64,000 bases of DNA from an uncultured Thermoplasmata archaeon (GTDB lineage Archaea > Thermoplasmatota > Thermoplasmata > RBG-16-68-12), in assembly GCA_963768855.1 (NCBI GenBank), contig CAVYJM010000017.1:64001-128000 (forward strand), given 5' to 3'. Made by a program: the position numbers and the translations under genes. This document shows, piece by piece, positions 37,837-47,345 of this stretch (positions are counted from its first letter, which is position 1; every line of letters begins with the position of its first letter). Below the pieces are notes generated by a model. The model saw nothing but the letters and a program-made list of their open reading frames with translations. It searched no databases and had not been told where the DNA came from.

Positions 37837-38020
37837 GGGCGTGAGAACGCGCGAGCGGACAAAAGACTTTGCGCCCGCACCGGGCTCACGTCACGAAGAC
37901 CCATCGAATGCATAGAATACTTGCGACACACCTATGCGAGGGAGCGGCCCCATGCCTCGCCGGCACCGGACGCCCTCGCTCGACACGGAAGGGCGGCCGG
38001 TGCGGTTCGAGGTGCCCAAG

Positions 38021-38752
38021 ATGGAATCGGCAAACGACGTCGCCGTCGAGGTCCGCAGCCTCAAGAAGAACTACGGGAGCTTCGAGGCGCTGAAGGACGT
38101 TTCGTTCTCCGTCCGAAAGGGGGAGGTGTATGGCCTCATCGGCCCTAACGGCGCGGGGAAGACAACGACTCTCCGGGTCCTCGCGACCTTGCTCCAGATC
38201 ACCGCCGGGTCCGTCCATCTGTTCGGCATCGACGTCGCGAAGCGGCCCGAGGAAGTGCGCAAGGTCATCAGCTACCTGCCCGAGGACGCCGGCGCGTACA
38301 AGAACCTGACCGGCCGCCAGTACCTCGAGTTCATCGCACGGTTCTTCACCCACGGAGAGGCGGAGCACGAGATGGTGGCGCGGGGCCTCGAGATCGTGGA
38401 TCTCGCGGACCGCATCGACGACAAGGTCGAGACGTACAGCAAGGGGATGATGCGCCGCCTCCTCGTCGGCCGCGCGCTGATGACGAACCCGCGGCTCGCC
38501 ATCCTGGACGAGCTGACGTCCGGGCTCGACGTGATCAACGCGCAGGAGATCCGGAAGATCGTCAAGGACGAGTCCCGGGCTGGAACGACGTTCGTCGTCT
38601 CGTCCCACAACATGCTCGAGGTCGAGCTCGTGTGCGACCGCATTTCCCTGATCCACGACGGCGTCATCGTGGAGACGGGGACGCCGGCCGAGCTGAAGGC
38701 CAAGCATCACGCAGCCAACATCGAGGAAGTCTTCATGGCGGTGGCCGCATGA
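38021..38752 (+). CDS. ABC-2 type exporter ATP-binding subunit (NatA-like)
   Basis: GPNGAGKTT, YSKGMMRRL, LDELTSGLD and SSHNMLE. Start ATG 38021 is preferred over 37934. Confidence 0.9.
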   Translation: MESANDVAVEVRSLKKNYGSFEALKDVSFSVRKGEVYGLIGPNGAGKTTTLRVLATLLQITAGSVHLFGIDVAKRPEEVRKVISYLPEDAGAYKNLTGRQYLEFIARFFTHGEAEHEMVARGLEIVDLADRIDDKVETYSKGMMRRLLVGRALMTNPRLAILDELTSGLDVINAQEIRKIVKDESRAGTTFVVSSHNMLEVELVCDRISLIHDGVIVETGTPAELKAKHHAANIEEVFMAVAA

Positions 38753-40047
38753 GCGCCCTCACGAACATCGTCCGAAAAGAACTCAAGGAACTCCTCACTC
38801 CTTCGGTCATCGCGCCCGTGGTCATCATGGCCCTCCTGTTCGGGGGCCTCGGCAGTGCGATTGGGGATATCGCGCAACAGGCGCAGGCGAAGCCCACGAT
38901 TGCCGTAGTGCCTATGGACCAAGGGGTCCTGAGCAACCTCAGTCTGCAGGTCCTGGATGCGGGCTCCGAGATCACCTACAACGGGACCTCCCTGGACCTG
39001 GCCCTCGAGGCGGCGCAGGCCAACGGCGGCACCGCGGTGCTCTACATCCCGTCGAACTTCACGGCCTCCATCCTCGGCGGGACTCTTGGGGAAATCGAGG
39101 TGTACTGGATCATGCGCGGTGCAGGCCTCTTGGATTCCATCTCCTCGGGCGCCGTCGAGGGCCTCCTGGCATCCGTGAGCCGGACCATTTCTTCGTACCT
39201 GATCGGAACCGGGGCCTCCGTCCCCGCGAGCGTGGTCCTCGCGCCGACTCTTCGGACGGATACGACCTACTTCCACAACGTGATCATGGAGGGCATCTCG
39301 CCCGCGGTCCTCGGGAATATGCTCGCGTCCCAATCCACGTTCGTCCCGGTGATCATCATGTTGATCATCCTGATGGCGGGGAGCATGGTGATCACCTCCA
39401 TGGGCATGGAGAAGGACAACAAGACCCTCGAGACCCTCCTCACGCTCCCGGTGGGCCGCGGGTCCATCGTCGCGGGGAAGCTCATTGCGAGCGCGGTCAT
39501 CGGTCTGTTCATGGCGGGCATCTACATGATTGGCTTCAGCTACTATATCGGCGGCCTGACCGCCAGTGCACCCGTGAACCTCGCCGCGTACGGTCTGACG
39601 CTCACGCCGCTGGATTATGTCCTCCTGGGTGTCTCCGTCTTCGCTGCCCTCTTCGCCGCGCTGTCCCTGTGCATGGTCCTCGGCACGTTCGCGAAGAACT
39701 ACAAGGCGGCTCAGGCTCTCACGATGCCCATCACCCTCCTCGCGATGGTCCCCATGTTCATGACCATGTTCTGGGACTACAACACCCTCCCGACCGCGGC
39801 CCAGGCGATCGTCTTCGTGATTCCCTTCAGCCACCCCATGATGGCCATGCGGTCGCTCATGTTCAAGGACTACGGGTTCGTCCTCGCGGGGATCGGGTAC
39901 TCCTTCGCCTTCGCAATCGTGATGATCCTCATCGCGGTGTGGATTTTCCGCACGGACCGGCTCCTGACGGGGCACCTCACGAAGGGGGCGCCGGGCTCGA
40001 GACGCAGGAAGGGGATCTGGCGCTTCGTGAACCTGCCGGGACGCTGA
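38749..40047 (+). CDS. ABC-2 type permease (NatB-like)
   Basis: IVRKELKEL, EKDNKTLETLLTLPV.R..IVAGK and IPFSHP. Overlaps the upstream stop (ATGA). Confidence 0.9.
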   Translation: MSALTNIVRKELKELLTPSVIAPVVIMALLFGGLGSAIGDIAQQAQAKPTIAVVPMDQGVLSNLSLQVLDAGSEITYNGTSLDLALEAAQANGGTAVLYIPSNFTASILGGTLGEIEVYWIMRGAGLLDSISSGAVEGLLASVSRTISSYLIGTGASVPASVVLAPTLRTDTTYFHNVIMEGISPAVLGNMLASQSTFVPVIIMLIILMAGSMVITSMGMEKDNKTLETLLTLPVGRGSIVAGKLIASAVIGLFMAGIYMIGFSYYIGGLTASAPVNLAAYGLTLTPLDYVLLGVSVFAALFAALSLCMVLGTFAKNYKAAQALTMPITLLAMVPMFMTMFWDYNTLPTAAQAIVFVIPFSHPMMAMRSLMFKDYGFVLAGIGYSFAFAIVMILIAVWIFRTDRLLTGHLTKGAPGSRRRKGIWRFVNLPGR

Positions 40048-40053
40048 CCCGCG

Positions 40054-40458
40054 TCACGGCGAGGGAGGCGGCGGACCTGCGCGTCCGACCATGAACAAAT
40101 CGACGTACCCCTTGAGCCGGATGTATTCCGCGTCCGTCAGGCGGTTCCGGGCCTCCGTCAGGATGTTGCGCACGGAATCGAGGTCCGCGTCCCCATCGGA
40201 GCCCATGAGAAGCAGGAGCTCCGCGTACTGGGAGAGGGGGTCGAGGCTCAGCTTTCGGTCGTAGTGCTCGAGGGGGTAGAGCCACCCGACGGTCGTGCGA
40301 ATCGAGGGCGAGGTGCGCTCGGTGAGGACGATCACACCCTGCCCTTTGGGCTTCGGATCGTACTCGCGGATGCCCTCGTCGGAGGTCCGGTACGGCCTCC
40401 GCTGCGGTCGGCCCCTCCCTCCATTGGACGGAATGCGCTCTAGTCCAGACGACGACAA
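40054..40458 (-). CDS. Hypothetical protein (start uncertain; possible TTG 40458)
   Basis: The 3' part of ORF 40054..40809 reads protein-like (YDRKLSLDPLSQYAELLLLMG...YIRLKGYVDLF). The upstream part overlaps the MFS gene and is not credible. Confidence 0.45.
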   Translation of the reverse strand: MSSSGLERIPSNGGRGRPQRRPYRTSDEGIREYDPKPKGQGVIVLTERTSPSIRTTVGWLYPLEHYDRKLSLDPLSQYAELLLLMGSDGDADLDSVRNILTEARNRLTDAEYIRLKGYVDLFMVGRAGPPPPSP

Positions 40459-40612
40459 ATCACGTCCTCCCGGAAGGGAATTCTGCGGGGACCCTAAAAT
40501 GGTTTGCACCGGGGTCGTTTGAGGAAACGGCAGGTGCGCCGACGAGGAGGCGACAGGAGAGCAACGGCCAGCCGAGAAACTCACGGGCCACCGCCGCAAG
40601 CGGGAGACGCCA

Positions 40613-41887
40613 TCATCCGCGGCTGGGCGCCGCGTCGTCGACAGCGGGGCGCACGTTGCGGAACGTGAGGTAGAACCCGGCGATCGATGAGATATAGAAG
40701 GCGGCGGCCAGGAGGAAGGGGAGTTCGAAGTGACCACCCTGGAGGAGGGCGCCGCCGATGACCGTCGTCGCACTGTTCGGAAGACGCCAGACGATCGAGT
40801 TGATCGCACTCGCCAGGCCGCGGTCCTCCGGGGCGATGATGCTCATGAGGTAGGAGTCCGAAATCGGCGAGGACATCATCATCAGGGCCGCGCGGACGAC
40901 ATAGAGTCCGCCTGCAAGGGCCGCGTTCGGCACGAACGCGAGGCTCACCATGAAGATCGTCGAGAGGCCCTCCGTCAGTGCGATCGCCTTGACCGGTCCG
41001 TAGCGCTTCGCGAGCCCGGCGCTCCAGAGCGCCGCGAACCCCACGGTCATGAGGGACAGGGCCAGGAGAGGGCCGCTGAACGTGTCGGGGACCGAGAACT
41101 TGAGCCAGAACCAGGTGGCGATGAGCGGGATGATGAAGCCCGCCCCCAGCCCCACGAGGCCGTTCAGGAGGGAGAACTTCAGGAGGAGGTTCATCTTCCG
41201 CCCCCGGTGGAAGAAACGGGTCCTCGGGTAGCTCACCTCCTCGAACCCTCTCAGGAGGAAGGCCAGGGAGATTGGGGAAAGGCACGCGAATCCCGCGAAG
41301 AACAGGAGCGCGTCGTGATGCAAGACGGCCAGCGACGCGCCGGTCAGGGACGAGAGGGCCGGGAACAGGATGAACACGGAGGCGCCCAAGCCGTTCGCCA
41401 CGATGTTGATGACGAACGAAAGGGAGAACGCATGGTCGCGGTTTTCCAGGGCCGTCTGGTCCGCGATCATCGCATTCCATGTCGTGAGGAACGCGCCCTG
41501 GGCTACGCCGATGACGATTGCGGCAAGGATCAGGTTGATCAATTCCGATGTGAACGCGTACACGAGCAGGGCGGGAGGCAGCCCCATCGTCCCCAGGAGG
41601 AACACGACCTTCCGCCCGCGGCGGTCTGAGAAGACTCCCAGGGGGATCGCGCTCAGGACCACGCTCGCCGCGCTTGCGGCGAGGATGAGGCCGACCGCCT
41701 CTCCGCTGATTCCCTGCTCCGGGAGGTACGCCGTGACGTAGACATAGTAGAAACCTTGGCTCACCGTGAGGAACGAGAGCAGGCCGATGAGCCATCTCAC
41801 CCGGGAGGGAACGTCGCCGAAGCGGACGAACGACAGCGCGGGGGTGGGCCGGACTGGCGTGCCCGTGGACGGGGACTCCGAACGCAT
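40613..41887 (-). CDS. MFS transporter (paralog 2)
   Basis: GVFSDRRGRK motif A and about 12 TMs; clearly homologous to 41985..43244. Confidence 0.9.
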   Translation of the reverse strand: MRSESPSTGTPVRPTPALSFVRFGDVPSRVRWLIGLLSFLTVSQGFYYVYVTAYLPEQGISGEAVGLILAASAASVVLSAIPLGVFSDRRGRKVVFLLGTMGLPPALLVYAFTSELINLILAAIVIGVAQGAFLTTWNAMIADQTALENRDHAFSLSFVINIVANGLGASVFILFPALSSLTGASLAVLHHDALLFFAGFACLSPISLAFLLRGFEEVSYPRTRFFHRGRKMNLLLKFSLLNGLVGLGAGFIIPLIATWFWLKFSVPDTFSGPLLALSLMTVGFAALWSAGLAKRYGPVKAIALTEGLSTIFMVSLAFVPNAALAGGLYVVRAALMMMSSPISDSYLMSIIAPEDRGLASAINSIVWRLPNSATTVIGGALLQGGHFELPFLLAAAFYISSIAGFYLTFRNVRPAVDDAAPSRG

Positions 41888-41984
41888 GGTCGCCGACGCG
41901 AGACCGGAACGCCTTCAAGAAACCTTTGTCAGGCCAGACTGCCACAGGCAAACGAGGCGTCTCGCGTCCCAGGCGTCATCGAAT

Positions 41985-43244
41985 TCAGCTCGTTGGCCGC
42001 ACGTTCCGGAACACGACGTAGAAGCCCGTGATCGAGACGAGATAGAACGCCGTGGCGAGGAAGATCGGGAAGTCGAGATATCCGGCCTCCATGAGGAGAC
42101 CCCCGGCCACCGTGGTAATGCTGTTCGGCAGGCGCCAGATGATCGAGTTCACCGCGCTGGCCAGGCCCCGCTGCTCCGGTGAAATGATCCCCATGAGGAA
42201 CGAGTCCCCGATTGGCGAGGACATGTTCATCAGCGCAGCGCGCACGATGTAGAAGGTCGCAGCGAGTATCGCGTTCGTCATGAATGCGAGGCTGAGCATG
42301 AAGACGGTCGAGAGACCCTGCATCATGACGATGGCCCGGACCGGGCCGTAGCGCCGCGCGAGCGGGGCACTGACGATCGCAGCCGCCCCGATCGTGAGGT
42401 TCGCGAGCGCCAGGACGGGTCCGCTCCAGGTGTCCAGGACGCCGAACTTGAGGAGGAGCCATGTGGCCACCAGCGGGACGAAGAAGCCCGCTCCGAGGCC
42501 GATGAGGCCGTTCAGCCCGGAGAACTTCAGGAGCGGCTTCCAGTCCATCTCCCGGCGCCGCTCCTCCGTCGCGCGCACCCTCTCGCGGTAGTCCCGCAGG
42601 AGTAGGTAGAAGGCCGGTGGGGCCAGGAACCCGAGGAGGTCCGTCCCGACGAGGGCGAGGATGTGCATCGGATGCGTGCCCATCCCGGTCCAACCCTGCA
42701 GGAACGGGAAGGCGAGGGGCAACGCGAACCCGGCGCCCGATGCGACGTTGTTGAGGATGAAGGAGAGGGAGAACGCAGAGTTCCGCTGATCCGCGGTCGT
42801 CTGGTCCGCGATGATCGCGTTCCAGGTGGAGAGGAACGCGCCCTCCGCCACGCCCGAGACCACGGCCGCGAGGACGAGCCACAGGGGGTCCGTCGTCACC
42901 GCGAAGACGAGCAGCGAGGGAGGCAGGATGACGGACGCCACGATGAGAAGGCCTTTCCGCCCCCGGCGGTCCGAGTAGATTCCGAGCGGGATCGCACTCA
43001 GGACCATCGACGCGCCCTCGGCACCGAGGATCAGGCCCACAATCCCGGACTCGACGCCGGTTTCCGGGAGGTACGCGGTGATGAAGACGATCAGGTAGCC
43101 GAAACCCACCGCACCGAGCGCGTTGGCGTAGATGATCCAGCGGACTTTGGACGGGATGGCGGAGAAGCCGAAGCCTTTGGGCGCGTCGGGCTCCGGCACG
43201 GAAGTCTCCACGTGAACCCCTTTCTTCGAGAGACCCCGCGCCAT
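41985..43244 (-). CDS. MFS transporter (paralog 1)
   Basis: GIYSDRRGRK motif A. Shares AFLSTWNAIIADQT and ASAVNSIIWRLPNS with its neighbour. Confidence 0.9.
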   Translation of the reverse strand: MARGLSKKGVHVETSVPEPDAPKGFGFSAIPSKVRWIIYANALGAVGFGYLIVFITAYLPETGVESGIVGLILGAEGASMVLSAIPLGIYSDRRGRKGLLIVASVILPPSLLVFAVTTDPLWLVLAAVVSGVAEGAFLSTWNAIIADQTTADQRNSAFSLSFILNNVASGAGFALPLAFPFLQGWTGMGTHPMHILALVGTDLLGFLAPPAFYLLLRDYRERVRATEERRREMDWKPLLKFSGLNGLIGLGAGFFVPLVATWLLLKFGVLDTWSGPVLALANLTIGAAAIVSAPLARRYGPVRAIVMMQGLSTVFMLSLAFMTNAILAATFYIVRAALMNMSSPIGDSFLMGIISPEQRGLASAVNSIIWRLPNSITTVAGGLLMEAGYLDFPIFLATAFYLVSITGFYVVFRNVRPTS

Positions 43245-43448
43245 CTTCGCGGGCGGCTTCTACTTTCCGGTACATCCAGTAAATGCGAGTCCGCGTTGCA
43301 GACCACCTCAGAGCTGCCGCCACCGAGACCGCAAGGCGCCCGCGCCCCTGCGTCTGCAATGGAGATTATTCCACAACATGCAAAGTACGTTCCAAAGGAC
43401 TATCCCCGCTATGCGGCCTCCCTTTGCAAGATTCGGGAGGCCCTTCCC

Positions 43449-44096
43449 GTGGACGACTACGTTGCACGCCTGAAGAAAGCGGTCATCGAGTATGACATGG
43501 AGAACATGGACAAACTGGCCAGGGAGGCCCTGGATCACGGCATGGACCCGCTGGCAGGCATCGAGAAAGGCCTGGGAGCCGGGATCCGGGAGGTCGGTCA
43601 GAAGTTCGGTGCAGGCGAATGCTTCCTGCCGGAGCTTGTCATGGCCGCCGAGACGATGCGGACGGGAGTCGCGATCCTCGAACCGCGCGTGCCGAAGGGT
43701 TCGGCCGCGAGGCAGACGCACAAGGTCGTCCTCGCGACGGTCCAAGATGACATTCACGAGATCGGGAAGAACCTCGTCGGGACGATGCTCACGGCGAACG
43801 GGTTCGACGTCGTGGACCTTGGCGTGAACCAGCCCGCGGACGCGATCCTCGCCAAGGCGAAGGAGATCAACGCGGAGATCGTCGGGGTGTCCGCCCTCAT
43901 GACGACGTCCATGCCGAGGATGAAGGAACTCCTGGCGGCCGCGCAGACGAAAGGCGTCCGCTCCCGGGAGAAGTTCCTGGTCGGCGGCGCGCCCGTCACG
44001 GAGCAGTACGCGAAGGAGATCGGCTCCGACGGCACGGCCGGCGACGCGTCCGGCGCGGTGCGGCTGGCGCAGAAGCTCGTGGGGGCGAAGACGTGA
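43449..44096 (+). CDS. Corrinoid (B12-binding) protein, MttC/MtbC-like
   Basis: GTG 43449 follows GGAGG (alternative ATG 43359). Cap domain EVGQKFGAGECFLPEL, then DIHEIGKNLV (DxHxxG), SALMTT and VGGAP. Confidence 0.92.
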   Translation: MDDYVARLKKAVIEYDMENMDKLAREALDHGMDPLAGIEKGLGAGIREVGQKFGAGECFLPELVMAAETMRTGVAILEPRVPKGSAARQTHKVVLATVQDDIHEIGKNLVGTMLTANGFDVVDLGVNQPADAILAKAKEINAEIVGVSALMTTSMPRMKELLAAAQTKGVRSREKFLVGGAPVTEQYAKEIGSDGTAGDASGAVRLAQKLVGAKT

Positions 44097-45556
44097 GCGG
44101 TATCGCGATCCGTCGTCCCTATCCCGTCCTGTCGAACGAGGACGTCGCACGGATTCGCAGCGCGGCGATCGAGGGCCTCGAGCGAGTCGGCGTGCGCATC
44201 GGCACCGCTCAGGGAAGGAAGCTACTGAAGAAGGCCGGCGCCACAGTCGACGAGCGCACGGAGATCGTGAAGATCCCTGCGACGCTCACGGAGGGCTTGC
44301 TCCGCAAGCCGTCGGTCCACGTGACGATGCATGCCCGCGACCCGGAGCAAACCGCGGACCTCGACTTCCAGCACGTTCACCTGTGCAACAACGGCACGGG
44401 CCCGCTGACCCGGGATTTTCGGACAGGAGAGCGGCGGCCCTCCACGACGGAGGATCTTGCGGACAGCGCGAAGGTTTCCAACGCCCTGGAGAACCTCCAC
44501 GTCTTCTGGCCCATGTGCAATTCGAACGACGCACCGGCCGAGGTCCGGCTGTACGTGGACCTGAAGGTCTCCTTCATGAACACTCCCAAGCACATCCTCT
44601 ACGCGAGCGGGGCGAACTCGGAGGAGGCCAAACGGCTCATCGCGATGGGCGCCGCGGTGGCAGGCGGCGCGGAGGAGCTGCGGAAGCACCCGATCATGTC
44701 CTCCGTCCAGACGTCGATCGCGCCCCTGCAGCACGACGGGCCCATGATGGATGGCGCTTTCACGTTCGGCGCCGCAGGCGTCCCGGTGGCCATCTTCACA
44801 ATGCCGACACCAGGGGCCACGGGCCCCGTGACCCTGGCCGGATCCGTGACCGTAGCGGCGATGGAGTTCCTCAGCGGCCTGGTCATGTGCCGCCTCGCGA
44901 ACGCGCAGGCACCCCTTATCTGGGGCTGCGGCGTGACGCCGCTCGACATGAAGACCACGACCCGCGCCGGGGGCGCGCCGGAGCACGGGCTGACGGGCGT
45001 GGCGATCACGCAGCTCGCCCACTCCTTCGGCGTGCCGAGCCTGACGGGCGGGTTCGACACGACGGCCTCCGTCCCGGGGACGCAGTCCGCCATCGAGGGT
45101 TTTCCACAGGGATTGTCCGTCGTCCTGGGAGGGGCAGACCTAATCGTGGGGATGGGCCTCCTCGAGGACGCGAAGACGCTATCCCTGGAGAAGCTGTTCA
45201 TCGACGACGAGCTCGTTCGGATGATCAAGCGCCTCGCGGACGGCATCGTCGTGAACGACGAGACGATCGCGCTCGACCTCATCGAGAAGGTCGGCGTGGG
45301 AGGCATGTTCCTCGCGGAGAAGCACACGATGAAGCATCTGCGGGAGGAGCAGTTCCTGCCGCGGCTCATCGACCGAAGGTCGGCCGATCTCTGGGAGCGG
45401 GACGGCGCCAAGACGCTGGAGGACCGCGCCCGGGCCAAGGTGGCCGAGGCGCTCCAGCAGCCCATACCGCATCCGCTTGAGCCCCGCCTCGTCCGCAAGC
45501 TCGACGCGATGATCGACGAGGCCTCGCACGCGGTGATCACGGAGCCCATCCGCTGA
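44093..45556 (+). CDS. mttB: Trimethylamine methyltransferase (MttB/MtgB) family corrinoid methyltransferase, non-pyrrolysine
   Basis: LERVGV, PLQHDG, PGATGPVTLAGS, GAPEH, and GVGGMFL..KHT. No in-frame amber. Confidence 0.88.
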   Translation: MSGIAIRRPYPVLSNEDVARIRSAAIEGLERVGVRIGTAQGRKLLKKAGATVDERTEIVKIPATLTEGLLRKPSVHVTMHARDPEQTADLDFQHVHLCNNGTGPLTRDFRTGERRPSTTEDLADSAKVSNALENLHVFWPMCNSNDAPAEVRLYVDLKVSFMNTPKHILYASGANSEEAKRLIAMGAAVAGGAEELRKHPIMSSVQTSIAPLQHDGPMMDGAFTFGAAGVPVAIFTMPTPGATGPVTLAGSVTVAAMEFLSGLVMCRLANAQAPLIWGCGVTPLDMKTTTRAGGAPEHGLTGVAITQLAHSFGVPSLTGGFDTTASVPGTQSAIEGFPQGLSVVLGGADLIVGMGLLEDAKTLSLEKLFIDDELVRMIKRLADGIVVNDETIALDLIEKVGVGGMFLAEKHTMKHLREEQFLPRLIDRRSADLWERDGAKTLEDRARAKVAEALQQPIPHPLEPRLVRKLDAMIDEASHAVITEPIR

Positions 45557-45579
45557 GGGAGTTTCACAACATAGGACAG

Positions 45580-47052
45580 GTGAAGACCATGGTCTATGGC
45601 ATCAAACGCGGCATCCGGTTCCAGATCCTCTCCGAGACCGACCTCGAGCGAATCCACTGGGGCACGCTGCACATCCTCGAGAAGGTCGGAATCCAGGTGG
45701 ACAGCGACGCCTCCCGGAAGATCCTCAAGGAGAACGGCGCGGAAGTCGACGACCGGACGCGTATCGTGAGGATTCCCTCCCATCTCGTCGAGGAGGGCCT
45801 CGCGAAGAAGCACACTGCGATCACGCTCGCGGGTCGCGATCCGAAGTACGACGCGAAGCTCGACCATGCACACAGCTACCTCACCGCGAACGGGAACGGC
45901 GCCGTGACGGTCGACTTCGAGACAGGGAAGCGGCGGCCTTCGACCAAGGAGGACGTCGCGAAGACGTCGCGGATCATCGACTACCTGCCGAACGTCCACA
46001 TCCACTGGCCCATGGTCAGCTCGATGGACCAGCACCCGTCGACCGTCCACCTGCACGACTTGGACGCGTCCTTGAACAACACCCAGAAGCACGTCATGTA
46101 CGAGACGGGCGTGACCCTCCGCGAGGCGAGACAGCTCACGGAGATGGGCTACCTCGCCGCAGGAGGGGAGAAGGAATTCCGGCGCCGGCCGATCACCTCG
46201 TGCCTTCAGTGCACGTTCGCCCCGCTCCAGCTCGACGCGGGCGTGATGGACGCGAGCCTCTACTTCGCGGAGCACGGGGTCCCGCTCGTGTTCTTCGGGA
46301 TGCCCCAGCCCGGGGCCACGGGTCCGGCCACCCTGGTCGGCTCGCTCGTGGTCGGGAACGCGGAGGTCCTCGCGGCCCTCACGATCACCCAGCTCCACGC
46401 ACCCGGGTCCGCCGTGATCTACGGGATGGGGAACGCCCCGCTCGACATGAAGACGACCGTGCGGTCCGGAGGCAGCCCGGAGCACGCGCTCTCCTCGGCC
46501 ATGGCGACGGAGCTCGCGCACTGGTACGGCCTGCCCTCCTGCGTCGGCGTCTCCGCGACAGCGAAGCAACCGGGCGACCAGGCTGTGCTGGAGTACTACA
46601 CGGGTTGCGTCGCCCCGCTCCTCGCGGGGGCCGACCTGATGTGCGGCATCGGGCTTCTCGAGGATTCGGCCACGCTGTACTACGAGCAGATCGTCGTGGA
46701 CGACGAGATCGTCGGGGCCATCGCGCGGATGATCCGCGGGGAATGGGCGGACGAGGATACCCTCGCCTTGGACGTCATCGAGAAGGTCGGGCCTGGGAAG
46801 AACTTCCTCGCCCAGCGGCACACGATGAACCATCTGAAGACGGAGCATTTCATGCCCGGGCTCATCGACCGCCGCGCCTACGACTCGTGGGCCGCGGACG
46901 GATCCAAGTCCCTCGCTGACCGCGCGCGCGAGAAGACGAAGTGGATCCTGGCGAACCACACGGTGCCACCCATGGATGCCGCGGTCGAGAAGAGTCTGCA
47001 GGCCGTCATCGAGAAGGCCCGGCCCCGCTCGGAGCACGAGATCGTCGCGTAG
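45580..47052 (+). CDS. mttB: Second MttB-family corrinoid methyltransferase, non-pyrrolysine
   Basis: ILEKVGI, PLQLD, PGATGPATLVGS, GSPEH, and VGPGKNFL...HT. No in-frame amber. Confidence 0.88.
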   Translation: MKTMVYGIKRGIRFQILSETDLERIHWGTLHILEKVGIQVDSDASRKILKENGAEVDDRTRIVRIPSHLVEEGLAKKHTAITLAGRDPKYDAKLDHAHSYLTANGNGAVTVDFETGKRRPSTKEDVAKTSRIIDYLPNVHIHWPMVSSMDQHPSTVHLHDLDASLNNTQKHVMYETGVTLREARQLTEMGYLAAGGEKEFRRRPITSCLQCTFAPLQLDAGVMDASLYFAEHGVPLVFFGMPQPGATGPATLVGSLVVGNAEVLAALTITQLHAPGSAVIYGMGNAPLDMKTTVRSGGSPEHALSSAMATELAHWYGLPSCVGVSATAKQPGDQAVLEYYTGCVAPLLAGADLMCGIGLLEDSATLYYEQIVVDDEIVGAIARMIRGEWADEDTLALDVIEKVGPGKNFLAQRHTMNHLKTEHFMPGLIDRRAYDSWAADGSKSLADRAREKTKWILANHTVPPMDAAVEKSLQAVIEKARPRSEHEIVA

Positions 47053-47217
47053 GGTTCCCCGGAGGCCAAGGGGTTCGGCATCCGTCCCAGGGCGGATGCG
47101 CTGAATCGGGCCAGGATGCCCATTTCGGAGTCCCGAAAGGACATGTCAGTAATGTCGGAAGGGAGATTAGGGCAGACCGAAATAGATGGGTCAACAAGCA
47201 TCCCTCCAACCAACACC

Positions 47218-47270
47218 GACCGCTCGGGTTCTAGGCGTCCACCCGCCCTCCCGAGCGGTCCCCTTTTCTC
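47218..47270 (+). terminator. Strong hairpin followed by a pyrimidine run
   Basis: GACCGCTCGGG (47218-47228) and CCCGAGCGGTC (47250-47260) form a perfect 11-bp stem, followed by CCCTTTTCTC. Confidence 0.4.
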
Positions 47271-47345
47271 TGATGCAGACGCCTCGAGGCGCCGGGCTGC
47301 TCCGCGGGCGAAACCTAGATAGTCGCCTCCCTCGGTTGTCGGACG

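Noticed and set aside
44093-47052. Pyrrolysine (amber) readthrough in the MttB homologs
   Set aside because: Both ORFs are full length with no internal TAG, and no pyl genes are in the window.
47121-47160. Hammerhead ribozyme suggested by GTCC-CGAAA-GGAC
   Set aside because: The CTGATGA and downstream GAAA core elements are missing.
47062-47170. Call as SRP (7S) RNA
   Set aside because: Only short fragments resemble it, and the CAGG-CCC-GGAA-GGG-AGCA helix-8 pairing is not formed. Kept only as a generic structured-region finding.
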